Shown: positions 1 through 11,952 of the stretch, one piece after another | Layout of the letters: the number at the start of each line of letters is the position of its first letter | How positions within the stretch are numbered: the stretch's first letter is position 1 | Source: Podarcis filfolensis | Taxonomy: Eukaryota | Assembly: GCA_964270895.1 (NCBI GenBank) | Contig: OZ185448.1 | Direction: 5' to 3' (one strand) | DNA: 64,000 nucleotides | Translations under genes and position numbers: made by a program | Notes under the pieces: model-generated | Seen by the model: the letters and a program-made list of their open reading frames with translations, nothing else | Told to the model about the DNA's origin: nothing | Database searches by the model: none

Positions 1-461
1 CTTAAACATTATGAAAAACTCTACATGCACACTTAAGTGTTCTGGTTATGAAATTGAGGTAGCTAAGTTGAGCCCTTAATCTTATCTGTAATGGGCAGCA
101 GTCAAGTAGTTACCTAGGCAGCAGAATTCAAATATATCCAGTCAGCTGATGTGAAAGGGGACATATAAGGAAAAGCAGTAAGATGTTCTCTTAGTAATGT
201 GTGTCCCTTTTATTTGTGACAATTTCATATAAAATGTGGATCAGCAAATAACTCAACCTTCTTTTATTTAACAAAAAACACACAGAGCATTAATACATAT
301 AGCAGAATATAATTCAGCCTTGTATTTGAAATGGCAGAATTTTTGAATTGACATGTTTCAGAAGTGCATAATTGGCCCACAATGGAATACACCAAATGAA
401 TTTTAAATGGTTAAAAAGAATACAAAACCCTTTTAAATATGTATATTATTTTAAAGCTGTA

Positions 462-572
462 GGGCTGTATCTAGTGTCATTCCTACTCAGAGTAGACCCA
501 TTGAAATGAATGAACATGACTTTCATTAATTGTGATGTATACTTTTAAGTAAAACTTAGTTGGATACAACCC
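462..572. mobile_element. Short palindromic MITE-like repeat
   Basis: Imperfect terminal inverted repeats gggctgtatc.../...gatacaaccc around an actcagagtagacccattgaa core; a related copy lies near 48285-48400. Confidence 0.5.
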
Positions 573-734
573 ATATATATTAATGTCATCTGACTCAAAA
601 TGAACATGTATAAGGTAGAGTTACTTTTTTCACTTTTCCAAACCTGGCTCATGCATTCCTATAAGCCTAATCATATTTTCACATGAATGTAAAGGTCTCA
701 GTTTGTTTTGTCTTCTTTCCCCCCTTCTCAACAG

Positions 735-833
735 CGCATGGACCTTGGAGAGTGTACAAAAATTCATGATTTGGCACTAAGAGCAGATTATGAAATCGCA
801 AGTAAAGAGAGGGACCTGTTCTTTGAGTTGGAC
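735..833 (+). CDS. LUC7L: LUC7L exon 3
   Basis: caacag|CGC ATG GAC...TTG GAC|gtaagt; RMDLGECTKIHDLALRADYEIASKERDLFFELD; 99 nt. Confidence 0.95.
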
Positions 834-3800
834 GTAAGTGCTTTGTGTTTTTTCCCGGTAATGAAATGCTGGTATCAGATTGGGCAACAGTAAGTCTGAT
901 ATTCCCGCTAATCTTGTGACATTTTCCTTTGTAAGCTTCCTGCAAAGGTTAGCAGAAGTTTTCTATACCATTCACAAAACAGTGATTTCTGAACTATGTA
1001 GAGTTACAACTAGTGGTTGTCAGACAGAGACTTAGAACATTGCACTCTAGATTTTAATGAGCAGTTTGTTACTAGACACAAAGTGTCTAGGGTTTCTCTT
1101 CAGAGCAAAGTTGTCATGCTGGGCACTGCCTCCAAATAATCCCAATGCAACAAGCCCATAAAACAATTGCTGGTTAATTTGCAGACTGCGTGGTGTTTAT
1201 TTTTATAGGAATATAGATATTCCTATATTGTTGATTCAATTATTGTTGATAATGTGATGTGCTTCTGCCCTGCCCGAAACGGGTGCAGTCACTGAGGCCT
1301 GCACTCTGAGATCAGAGTGGAGCCCACTGGTCTCATAATCAATACCACTGAGCTAAATCTAGCTTGTAGCTCTTTAAAGCAGTGTTTCCCAACCTTGGGT
1401 CTCCAGCTGTTTTTGGACTACTACTCCCATCATCACTAGCCAGCAAGACCAGCGGTCCAGGGTGATGGGAATTGTGGTCTGAAAACGGCTGGAAACCAAA
1501 GGTTGGGAAACACTGCTTTAAAGCAGCCTTTGCGAACCAGGTGCCCTCCAGATGATCTGGACTACAGCTCCCATCAGTCCTATCCAGTACATGCTTAACT
1601 GAGCAGAGTTGCCCTATCCTCTTTCTTCTGAGGAATCCAGCTCAATATATCCTCTGCTGTACCTAAGAATTCTATTATAAGAGCAGTGTAAATAGTATTT
1701 CAGTTATTTTAAACCTCTACCTAAAAATGTCTTTGTTGCCATTTTGCCATTCTTGGTGTTTACAAACTAGCATCTCTGCTAGGGTTTAATAATTTGATGT
1801 ACCACAACAGCATTAGGATATTGGTTTGGGGTCTGAAGAAATGGGTTTTCTAAACACACCTCTGCTTTTATCCTGAAGAAACTTCTCTTGTTCCCACCTC
1901 ACCATCAGTTGCTTTCACCCGCCCCTTACTGTCGCCATCAATTTTAATCTGAAATACCAACAAGAGGATCGTGTTCATCTTGGGGCATCTCTTCCAACAG
2001 GGAAAAGAATATTGAAGTAACGTTTTGTGCGTACACCCTTCCTATATATGTGTCAGCTTTGTTTGTTTGTACATCTGTAGGCAATGGACCACTTGGAATC
2101 CTTCATTGCTGAGTGTGACAGAAGAACTGAACTGGCAAAGAAACGACTTGCAGAAACACAGGAAGAGATCAGTGCTGAAGTAGCTGCAAAGGTACTTCAG
2201 TCGGGCAAAATCATGTGTGGCAGCCTCCTTTCTCAAAGGCTGTATCAGCAGTTGCCATCCTATTCTCTTGTTACATGGGGCTCCCAGTCTCCTCTGATTT
2301 ACTGGACCAATTAGATTCATACTTGCCCAGCTTCAGTAATGCTGCATCCCCAGATGTTCCCAGATAGTTCAGTTGGCATCTATGTGAGAAGCTGGTCCTA
2401 TCGTAAAAGTTAAATGCACGAGCTCTTTAAGTTGGGTGGTCCTTAGTTCAAGCTTCCTTGAAGCTCATGTCAAGGTGTGATATAAAACGTAATACAATTT
2501 CCCTAGCCTTATAAATAAGCCCGCAACACTTACCAGCATGTAATAAATATTACTAGCCTGATGGGGGCTGGAAAAGGAGGATCAGAGAACTGCAGGAGCA
2601 TCTGCATTTCTGTGCTGCAGAGGAGGAAGTAGAGGCTGCTGTCCTTTAGCAGCTGCCATGGTTTCTTTGCTGGGCTTTGTTCTGTCTCTCCCCCACCAGC
2701 CCTTAGGTTTTTTAACTGCCTTTCACTGTAAGATCCCAGGGTGGGTTACATCAATTTAAAACACAGTATTATAAACATTTTAAAACATTGGCATCACAAG
2801 GATGGGGTGGGTCTTGAAAATTCAAAGGTCAGAGTAAAGAAGGCTGGTGCTGCAATGATACTGCAATCACAAATTCACTATCAGCTCCAGGGATAGAGTT
2901 AGCTTACCTTAAAAGATTACTTGGATGAGGCATTTGCCTTCCAAGCACTTTATAAATTAATAAACAAATAAGCGGTTCATTTTTGTTTCAGTATGTGTTC
3001 TGCTTTTCTACCAAAAGGCGCTCAAGGTAGCTTGAAATGCATTGCAAAGCCAAAGGAAACAGGCTTCAAGCCAATTTACTGCATTAGAAGGGAATGCCCC
3101 ATTCCCCATTTTCCCTTAAATCTTTTGCACAAGAACTTTCCCCTTAGACCAGTGATGGCCAAACTTGGCCCTCCAGCTGTTTGGGGACTACAACTCCCAT
3201 CATCCCTAGCTAACTGGACCAGTGGTCAGGGATTATGGGAATTGTAGTCCCCAAACAGCTGGAGGGGCCATTAAATTCCTTGTGTGCCCAGACCAAAGTC
3301 AGATACCAAAGATGCAATCTGTTCCCTTGATCACTAAACACCATCTCTCCTCTCCAGGCAGAAAAGGTGCATGAACTAAATGAAGACATTGGCAAACTTC
3401 TGGCTAAAGCCGAGCAGCTGGGGGCTGAAGGGAATGTGGATGAATCTCAGAAGATACTGATGGAAGTCGAGAAAGTCCGAGCAAAAAAGAAAGAAGCAGA
3501 GGTTTGCTTTGCTCTCTTTTTATTGATAATGTTCTTTACAAAAATCATAATTGTTTTTTATTTAGCCTGGTTTAGCTGCAAAAATGCACCATACTAAAGC
3601 AAAATGTAGAGTTGTCTCAAAGCAAAACTAGGTGAGGAAATACTAATTACTGTCTTTCTTGCTTGAAATGACAGCTTCTGAGTATTCCCGAACAGTTCCT
3701 CGTGTAAATCCTTCTTTGTAAAGGTGCGTTAGCATCCTAACACAATAGGTGCAGGATTAACTGAGCTGTAGGTCAGATAGTGGCTACTATTTCTAGTATA

Positions 3801-6800
3801 TCAGGGTAGGTAAAAAAGTAAAGGTAAGGGACCCCTGACAGTTAAGTCCAGTCGCGAACGACTCTGGGGTTGCAGCGCTCATCTCGCTTTACTGGCTGAG
3901 GGAGCAGACGTTTGTCCACAGACAGTTTTTCCGGGTCATGTGGCCAGCATGACTAAGCCGCTTCTGGCGAAACCAGAGCAGCGCACAGAAACACCATTTA
4001 CCTTCCCGCTGGAGCGGTATCTATTTATCTACTTGCACTTTGACGTGCTTTTGAACTGCTAGGTTGGCAGGAGCTGGAACCGAGCAACGGGAGCTCATCC
4101 CTTCGCGGGGATTCAAACCGCCGACCTTCCGATCGGCAAGCCCTAGGCTCAGTGGTTTAGACCACAGCGCCACCCGCATCCCTAGGGTAGGAGTACAGTG
4201 TTAATAAGCTGGGAGAAATTGTTTAGGGTGGAGAGATGAAAGCATAAGAGATAAGCACTGTGGAAGTATTAATACTCAGCTGTCTGATCCTCCATAGGAG
4301 GAATACCGTAATTCTATGCCTGCATCCAGTTTCCAGCAACAGAAGCTGCGTGTCTGTGAGGTCTGCTCTGCATACCTTGGTCTCCATGATAACGATCGCC
4401 GACTTGCTGATCACTTTGGAGGCAAATTGCACTTGGGCTTCATTCAGATTCGTGAGAAGCTGGACCAATTGCGGGTGAGAACTCTGGTGTGGGGCAGCTC
4501 CTTTGGATGCAGAAGGCTACAGTTCAATCTCTGCTGTACAGATGCCCTGAGGGGGGATTGTAGCCCTGCTTCATGGCTCCTGTGAAATGTGGTTACGTGA
4601 GCAATATGCTCTTGTGCACTTGGAGCATTGTCCGTCTCGTGCTCAAGCCGTTGGAGAACCATCCTGGTTAGAGGATGAATTGAGTTTTTTTGTCAGACTT
4701 GTGTTGTAGCACGCAGCCGCGTTTAACAAGGTTTGCTATCTGTATCATAGAAAACTGTGGCAGAGAAACAGGAGAAGAGGAATCAGGACCGGTTGAGACG
4801 GAGAGAAGAAAGAGAGCGAGAGGAGAGAACGGGTCAACGGTGAGTGAACTCTAGGAAGTATTTGCAGTGGAAGGTTGTGGTGCTGTGGCTTAAGGGTGCT
4901 TGTGCTGCTGTGTGAAGATCTCAAAGAAATGGTGTGGCAAAGAGCAGGCATTAGTCACACTTGGATTGTGGGCAGTGCATGGCACGTCAGGGCTATATAT
5001 TCTGGTTGCTTCCCCAAGTCAAGAGAAAATGTCATGTGTGGGCTTTGGAAAGGAGCAGAAAAGGAGAAATGGGCATGTTGCTGCTTTGGGAAAACTAGCA
5101 GGCCCTGCAGGCAAGCAGCAAATGACACAACTGTCCAAACAGCTAGGGTTTTTGCGCTGAAAAAGGTGATTAAACGTGCCTTGCTTTAGCAAATAGCCAC
5201 CCTATGTAATTGTTTCATAGCCGTTTTTCTGATTCAGCTTTAACATATTCATCATCCATGGCCTTTAAGTCCTGATGTTTAGAATTCTTTTCCTAAGTGT
5301 TATTTTGCTCTAAAAGAATATTTGTCCATTTGAAAGATTCCCACAACTCTGTCAGTCATTAACTTACCTGAAACAAATGTTGCTTTTTGCTAGGTCTGGA
5401 TCCAGAAACAGAGATCGCAGAAGGTGGGTGTTTTAAGTTGGTAATGATGGTTCTTCATTCTGGGTAAGGTGACTGGCATCCCTTTGCAGTTCTTTCTCTT
5501 TCTACCATTCTGTTTGAGCATTGGACCAGAGGAGGAACAACCTCGGTGCCTTTTCCAGTTTGTAGCAATTGCTTGCTTGACCAGTCCCTACTGTGGTTTC
5601 AAGGAAGTGTATTTAGGGTGGGTAAACCACAATTATTTGAAAGGTTTAAAATATTGGATTGCTCCACTTGGTACAGACTTGTCTTAAAGTCCTTGCAGCA
5701 TTTTCAGTACATACTTAAAGGCCTTTTCATGCATCCATTCTTTCTGTATGGATGTTAGATTGGCAGTCTCAAGAGGGTGGTCTCATGTTGAACCAAAGCT
5801 GTTTAGACTCTGAGAGAAAGCCAACCCCTTTAATTTTGCCTGGATATTTGTAGGAAAGCATTGTAGCTGCTGAGACCCTGGGAGAACATGCTCCTTGTGG
5901 CTGAGAGTAAAAGTGGAAGAATGACCGATACATCTTTGCCGAGAATTGCCTTGAATATACTGTAGCTGTTCAGGAGCACAAAACACCACCTTCTTCTTCT
6001 CCACATTGTCACATCTGAAATGGAAGCTTTGCATCTTCCTCAACCAGGAAGTGCCCAGGCTCTTGGGGAAGAAGTGCATAATCTGGGCAGAGGTGATGTA
6101 AAGGCTGCCTTTTCAGCATGGTGCTGTGGAAGAACTGGAAACTGAGGGAGTACTAAATGTGCAGAAGAGGAAGAAACTGTTCCTGTTCTGCAGTAATGAA
6201 ATATAAAAGAGCTCAACTTAATCCAAGTAGTAGCTTGCTTGAACTAAATGCACAAAGGATTAATCCACATGTATTAAGTCATCAAGAGATGTTATAGGAC
6301 AGTGAGTGAAATGAAAGTACTGAATGTTATTGTGTTAGGAAGCATACAGGGTCCTAAAATTACTGGAATTAATGCTTAATCAGCGAGTCACTCTTATATA
6401 GAAGCATTTTAGCTGTTTATTAATCTTAAATGTGATTGGCTTATCAGACATTGCTAAATGTTCTGGACAGCATAAGGGGTTGAGGAAGCCTGTTCAAAAT
6501 ATTTTTATGCAAATCTGAAGCTATTGGTGTTCTGCGAGGTATGTCTTTTTCATTTATGCATTAAGACAAGCATGTTTTTATGTAGGATGCTGCAGTCCTA
6601 CAATACTGGTCAGACTTAACAGTATTAGCCCAGGTTCAATTTCTTCCCTGCCGGTCATTAAACTCATTGGGTGGCATTGAGCAAGTCACTTTCTCAGCCA
6701 TAACTTACCTAACAGGGTTCTTGTGAGGATAAAATGGAGGAATAACCCTGAATGTAATAAAAACTTGAAATTGAATTTCTTTGCAAATGCAGCAGTGGGG

Positions 6801-9800
6801 AAATCCAGCAGCTGTTCATGTCAAATTCTCTATATCTCTGGGTTTTATACTGCTTGTTCCTGGTTCTTGCAGGTCTCGCTCTCGAGAGCGGAGGCGAAGG
6901 CGTTCGAGGTCCATTTCCCGTGAGAAGCGAAAGTCCCGCTCCAAGTCCCGGGAACGAGAGAGGCACAGGCGCCATCGCAGCCGTTCCGGCAGCCATAGCC
7001 GAGGCCACCGGCGGGGATCCAGAGACAGGAGTTCAAAACACAAGTAGGCTTGGCTTTTGCAACCTCTTGGGGAAAGGCTTTTTGACTTGTAGTGTAGCCA
7101 TGAGAAACGAGTCCAGCTGACTATTGGAGAAACAGTGAGAAAATAGGGATTGGTTCAAAAGTCAATGAACTCCTTCCCAAGGCTGCCATGGGGTGGGGTT
7201 GAAGAGAGCTGGTTCACGTGATACAAATAAGCAGGGAATGAAGTTGAAGGCATGTGCTGCTTTCTCCCATTGTCATCCTAGAAGGTAGGGTGTGTAGATG
7301 TTGTCCATGAGCTCCAAAAGCCATTTGGGACTCACTAGATTTCTTGTGGACTAGACCTGCAAGGGTGACTTTGCACATCACCTGAGAAGGCTTCCCTACT
7401 TCTTTGCAACACTTGCATCTGCTCAAAAGCATGCTAGTTCTTCTGTAAGTAGCAGAGAGAATTCTCTCAGACCCAGAATGTTTGTTTGGAATGGTAGGAT
7501 CTACTGGATTTGAGACAGGCACATACATTTCTACTTGAGAGAGGCCCAAATCGCTAGCGCTGATCGCTCAGGTGCTGTGTAGGTTTTGGTGGCCTGGCAC
7601 ACTGTGCTTTAATTGCTTTGAGGGTAAACAATAACCCAGGATTACTATTAGGGAGGTAGGCTTGATGTGAACAGGGGCAGTAACATGCTGCATGGCCAGA
7701 AGTGCTCCCAGATTTGCTATAAATCCTTCAGAATTGCTCCACCACATGGTTAACTGGATTCTACTTCTTTAAAAATACTGTAGTTCTGATCCTTGCAGAA
7801 GCTTAACAGGAAGCACCTCAGTTCAGATCTACTGCATGCAAGCATGTTAACCAAGTGGCCTCCTGACATACAGGTGTACCTAGTAACTTCCAGCTGCTGG
7901 TAATCCATAGCAGTACTGCAGGTAGCCTGGGGAAACCTAGTCTCTGTTCACCATGTTCACTGGATTGATAATGTCAACAGTAGATGAGCATTTACAGTTC
8001 TCTGCTCTATGAAGGGAAATGGAAAGTAGGTTTTCTAGAAATGGGGTATGTGGAAATTATTGACTCATGGTTGAGATACTAAATTCATTTTTTAAATCTG
8101 TCTTGAACATGAACAATAAAGAAAAGAAGTTTGGACAATTAGGAAATGAGGAAGACCCTGTAATTACTATTGCTAAAGAGCAGGTAAGGGAATGCTTCAG
8201 AAAACCCAAATGTACAATAGCCCATCTCAAAGTGTTCCCTTGGCGGGGAGGAACTGTATCAGTCATGTTTTCTGGAACAGTTAAAAATTAAAAATGAGAA
8301 GGCACAAGAAGTCTCAAAAGAAAATGAAGTGTTTTATTTCTTCTAAAATAGAAATCATACTTTGATATGTTGCTATCCCTAAAAAGTCAACATCTCAACA
8401 ATAGATACTGAAGCTTCAAGAAGATGTAAAATGATACATAAGAGACTGTGTTGGGTAAAGAGTTGAATAATTTGCGGATGTTTGGGCTATTCCCATCTTC
8501 TGCTTTTGCATTGTTTATCCTTTAGATGCCAACACTTCCAACTACTCTTAAGTTGTTTTGAGTTGCTGTGGCAAACCTGTGACTAATAAATTTAATTAAT
8601 AAATAATAAGCTTTATAGTGTGTTGGTGTAGCATAGAATAATAAAAGCATTGTAGGAGAACTGATATTGGATCCCCCCCCCCAATTCTGTTGACCAAGTC
8701 CACTCTAGAGAAGCTCCCTGTAAAATAAAGCTGTTTGTGTTTGAGTTGCTGATTGCCTTTCTCAGCTTGATAGAAGCTTAGAGCCTAATTTGTAGCTATC
8801 CTTAGCTGATTTTTGGTATAAAGACTGAATGCTTCTGCTTCTTATTTGACAAAGTTGGCCATCCACATTGCAGCTTTGAATTTTTATAAGCCGCTATGTG
8901 TATGCAGGCCCCCCCCCACACCTTTAGCTGATCACTTTTGTCATGCTTAGTGTTTGTGTAGTTACAGTAGTCCCTACCCCAGGGTAACAATTTTAATTTA
9001 TTTCATGCATTTATGTCCTGCCATTCTTCCAGTGAGACAGGAGGTGCTTTTAAGGTGCACAGTGACCCTATGAGGTGCAGTAAATTAGGCATGACAAAAG
9101 GGGTGAGAGTGACAGTGTATGCACATATGCATATGGTGGGTGGGACTCCCCCTGTAGGATGGGGTGCCAAGATCACCTTCACAGGTCACTGTCAGAGACA
9201 GTATGTCTCTGAATGCCAGTTGCTTGGAAATGCAAGTGGGGAAAGGTGGCTGTTGTGCTCAGGTCTTGCTAGTGGGTTTCCCATTAGCATCTGATTGGCC
9301 ATTGTGAGAACAACATGCTGGAGTAGATGGGCTACTGGCCTCATCCAGTCTGAGGGTTCTTAACTTCATTTCTAAGCCCACCGCTGTACAAGAGTGGCTC
9401 TCTGTTTTCACAGATGGTGACTGTAGCAATCGGGGCTGGCATCAGGGGCTAGTATCACTGGGCACTTGCTCACACCATAAAGAGAGCTGCTAATTAAAGG
9501 GCTGGCAATATGTCACCTCCCCATTTTCACATCAAATCTGATAGCGATGGGCATTGTGTCAGGTTTGTTGGTTGGATCAATCAATCAATCAATCTCTATC
9601 CCACTGTTCCTCCCAGAGGAGCCCAAGACAGCAAAGCAGGAAAAAACCATAAATTTAAAATAAAACACCCTCACAGCTGAACAAGTCATACTTGTAAAGC
9701 ACTTGTGTAAACTGGGATTTGGTGGGAGGGAGGGGGAAACAGGACAAATGACTTAACCCTACATTGTGCTGGCTTCAGGGTGTATGGCACAGTTGAAGGA

Positions 9801-11428
9801 AGGAAATATCTAGGTATAGGATGGACTGTGGGATAAAACAGGAGTAGATATGTGTGAGAGATGTATAAAAAACAAGTTGTCAAAAGAAATTGGTTACTAG
9901 TCAAGAGGGAAGCAGGGGAACTCCCCGAAGCACAAAGAAAGAGATTTGTGACAGTGTAGAAGCATAGGAAAGAGCCTTGTTTAGTATTGATGTCATTGTT
10001 GAATTTCTAGGTTTGATTGAACAAAAGAATAACTGAACAAAATTCATTTTATTGCAAACTTGTATTGTTTACTTCTCTGGTCCTGGGCAGATGGGCTCAG
10101 CAGTCATTGCACTGAGTTTATTCTTCTATCTTGCTAAGCCTGGAATTTGATTGACTAATCTCATCCTAGAGTGAACCATTGTGGTCCATTCCCTGGATCC
10201 GGGGCATGGAACCTTTTTGGCTTATCAGAATCTAACCTTGTGGGCCAAATTTAAGAGGTAGTTGAGGCTGCACACCTGTCAGTCACCTGACACCACAGAT
10301 TGCCCAGTGCTTTGAAGTCTCAAAGCCGGGAGTTCAAAGCACCATGTGCATCCCAGTCATCTGGTACATTTAGAGTTCCCTGCAGGGAGCTTCCTAGCAC
10401 ACCTGATCCAGCAGGCTTCAGCTCTATTGCACATTCTCCAGTCCATTTGAAAATAATCAGGGATCCTGGCAGACCACTTAAGAAACATCATTTTTTTCTT
10501 TTACAAATCAAAGCAATATGCATAATTTGTCTTTTTCTAATCATAGTCCTGTGTCTTTCAAATGGGGTGGGCATGCTGTTTCTGTGAGTGATGTTGATTG
10601 GAGAGCTTGTCAGCTTTTTCCTCAGGTCAGCATTCGTCCTGTGTTTGGACTTAAGAGTAGACAGGCCATTCAGGACCCTTCTTCAATGGATTGATTTTTT
10701 TTGGGGGGGGGTTGATTGCACCAGCACCATATTATGAAAATATTGGCCCTTAGCCTGTTTGACAGTCTAGTCTTGATCAAAATAGCATTGCTTCTCATTT
10801 TTTGTTTCCAGCAAAAAGGGCTGTGCACAGATATCTATAGCTCAGTTGGTAGAGCATGAGACTGGTTAATCTCAGGGTTGTGGATTTGAACCCCACATTG
10901 GGCAAAAGATCCCTGTAGCTGCAGGGGGTTGGACTTGGAGACCCTTGTGGTCCCATCCCACTCTGCAGTTCTGCAATATTGTTAACTGTTCTATAGTCTT
11001 TCCATGGGCAACCTGATTGCAGCTTGTAGATTTCAGCTTATGAACCTCTGCATCTAGTGCTTGACCTTAACTCTGGATTTAGGTAGTACCTCACCCTGTG
11101 CTTAATGTCTACCAACCCTGGAGGGTGGCTCTTCCCGCCCATCTGGGCTCTCTTTCTGCCCGTGGTCCAGAAAGGAGAATTGGTAGGCTAAGTCCACAGT
11201 TCCCTTTTCTGGTCTGAAATGTTTTCACAGACACACATGCACTTTCCATTCTAGAGCCCTACAGTATGCTCTGGTTTGCTCTCCAGATCCTCTAGAGATC
11301 GGTCTTCAAGGGAGAAATCACGGGAAAGAGACAAGAAAGAGAAGAGCTCTTCTGAACGGCGACACGAAAGCACGAATGGCAAATCTCACCCTAAGAGATC
11401 TGAAGAGAGGGAAGCCGGCGAGATCTGA
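735..11428 (+). CDS. LUC7L: LUC7-like U1 snRNP-associated splicing factor, 3' part (exons 3-10; exons 1-2 upstream of window)
   Basis: Exons 735-833, 2081-2191, 3358-3501, 4298-4474, 4751-4839, 5394-5423, 6873-7043 and 11287-11428 join in frame (963 nt) with AG/GT borders. Peptide RMDLGECTKIHDLALRADYE...CEVCSAYLGLHDNDRRLADHFGGKLH...RS domain...EEREAGEI* matches vertebrate LUC7L as I recall it; the EAGEI C-terminus distinguishes it from LUC7L2. Confidence 0.96.
1380..1515. mobile_element. hAT-type MITE with 8-bp TSD
   Basis: TIRs cagtgtttcccaacc.../...ggttgggaaacactg with extended internal palindrome; identical 8-bp flanks ctttaaag at 1372-1379 and 1516-1523. Confidence 0.85.
2081..2191 (+). 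CDS. LUC7L: LUC7L exon 4
   Basis: ctgtag|GCA ATG GAC...GCA AAG|gtactt; AMDHLESFIAECDRRTELAKKRLAETQEEISAEVAAK; 111 nt. Confidence 0.95.
3150..3270. mobile_element. Related palindromic hAT-type MITE, right end truncated
   Basis: ctccagctgtttggggactacaactcccatcatccct ... agggattatgggaattgtagtccccaaacagctggag. Confidence 0.75.
3358..3501 (+). CDS. LUC7L: LUC7L exon 5
   Basis: ctccag|GCA GAA AAG...GCA GAG|gtttgc; AEKVHELNEDIGKLLAKAEQLGAEGNVDESQKILMEVEKVRAKKKEAE; 144 nt. Confidence 0.95.
3811..4183 (-). mobile_element. Sauria SINE (Squam1), full length
   Basis: Minus strand begins with a tRNA-like head GGGATGCGGGTGGCGCTGTGGTCTAAACC (B box GGTTTGAATCC) and ends GGGGTCCCTTACCTTTAC, the typical ACCTTT tail; 8-bp TSD agggtagg at 3803-3810 and 4184-4191. 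Confidence 0.9.
4298..4474 (+). CDS. LUC7L: LUC7L exon 6 (second zinc finger)
   Basis: ccatag|GAG GAA TAC...TTG CGG|gtgaga; EEYRNSMPASSFQQQKLRVCEVCSAYLGLHDNDRRLADHFGGKLHLGFIQIREKLDQLR; 177 nt. Confidence 0.95.
4751..4839 (+). CDS. LUC7L: LUC7L exon 7
   Basis: tcatag|AAA ACT GTG...CAA CG|gtgagt; KTVAEKQEKRNQDRLRRREEREREERTGQ; 89 nt. Confidence 0.93.
5394..5423 (+). CDS. LUC7L: LUC7L exon 8 (30 nt)
   Basis: ttgctag|G TCT GGA TCC AGA AAC AGA GAT CGC AGA AG|gtgggt; (R)SGSRNRDRR; phase fits both neighbouring exons. Confidence 0.9.
6873..7043 (+). CDS. LUC7L: LUC7L exon 9 (RS domain)
   Basis: ttgcag|G TCT CGC TCT CGA...CAC AA|gtaggc; SRSRERRRRRSRSISREKRKSRSKSRERERHRRHRSRSGSHSRGHRRGSRDRSSKH; 171 nt. 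Confidence 0.94.
10830..10975 (+). mobile_element. tRNA-derived SINE with CR1-like 3' tail (Squam3-like)
   Basis: tagctcagttggtagagc A-box and ggatttgaaccc B-box head, followed by gcagggggttggact...ggtcccatcccactct, which resembles the CR1 tails at 18078-18135 and 28378-28434. Confidence 0.7.
11287..11428 (+). CDS. LUC7L: LUC7L exon 10 coding part (long isoform C-terminus)
   Basis: ctccag|A TCC TCT AGA...GGC GAG ATC TGA; SSRDRSSREKSRERDKKEKSSSERRHESTNGKSHPKRSEEREAGEI*. Confidence 0.92.
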
Positions 11429-11946
11429 ACTCCGGACGCGATCTGTATTGTACTGTATATATAGTCTTGAGAAATGTTCTACACAGCCCAAATTTTTCTC
11501 ATTTATATTAACTGAATACAGCACATCTTTTGTAGTTCTGAATTTCTATTGTTTCTGCAGGTAGCAAAGCCAGTAGTGTGACAGTTTCCTATACTGTTGA
11601 CTTGAGACTTTTGTCTTTTAATTGAAAGAAACAAACTCAGTTGCTGGTCTTCAGTGCAGTTTAGCGACTTAAGCAGAATGCAGCAGAAGCAGGCAGAAGC
11701 TGTGGGGGTGGCGGGATCATAACGTGCTGTAAAAACTCATGCTCCACCTGCCTATGTTAAAACATCACTTGCCTTTCTATTGCAGACTTGAGTTCATAAC
11801 ATACTAAAGAACCTCAGCAGCGCTGGTACTCCCCACCCCCCTTTCTAAATATGGCAGGTTCATGTAATGTTTCTGATATCCAAGACACTTATCTAAATAT
11901 GAACAAGCCAGATTGGTCAAAAGTAACCTACGCCACAGCCTAGCTT

Positions 11947-11952
11947 AATAAA
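11947..11952 (+). terminator. Candidate LUC7L polyadenylation signal AATAAA
   Basis: First AATAAA after the stop, about 520 nt downstream, followed by GTTGTTTT (GU-rich). Confidence 0.55.

Noticed and set aside
340-620. Possible poison exon in LUC7L intron 2 (acceptor at 361)
   Set aside because: No convincing donor, and the upstream exon is outside the window, so it cannot be assessed.
10830-10905. tRNA-like sequence (possible tRNA-Lys gene)
   Set aside because: The anticodon loop is disrupted (gactggttaatctc), the T-loop is degenerate and a CR1-like tail follows directly. It is a SINE head, not a tRNA gene.
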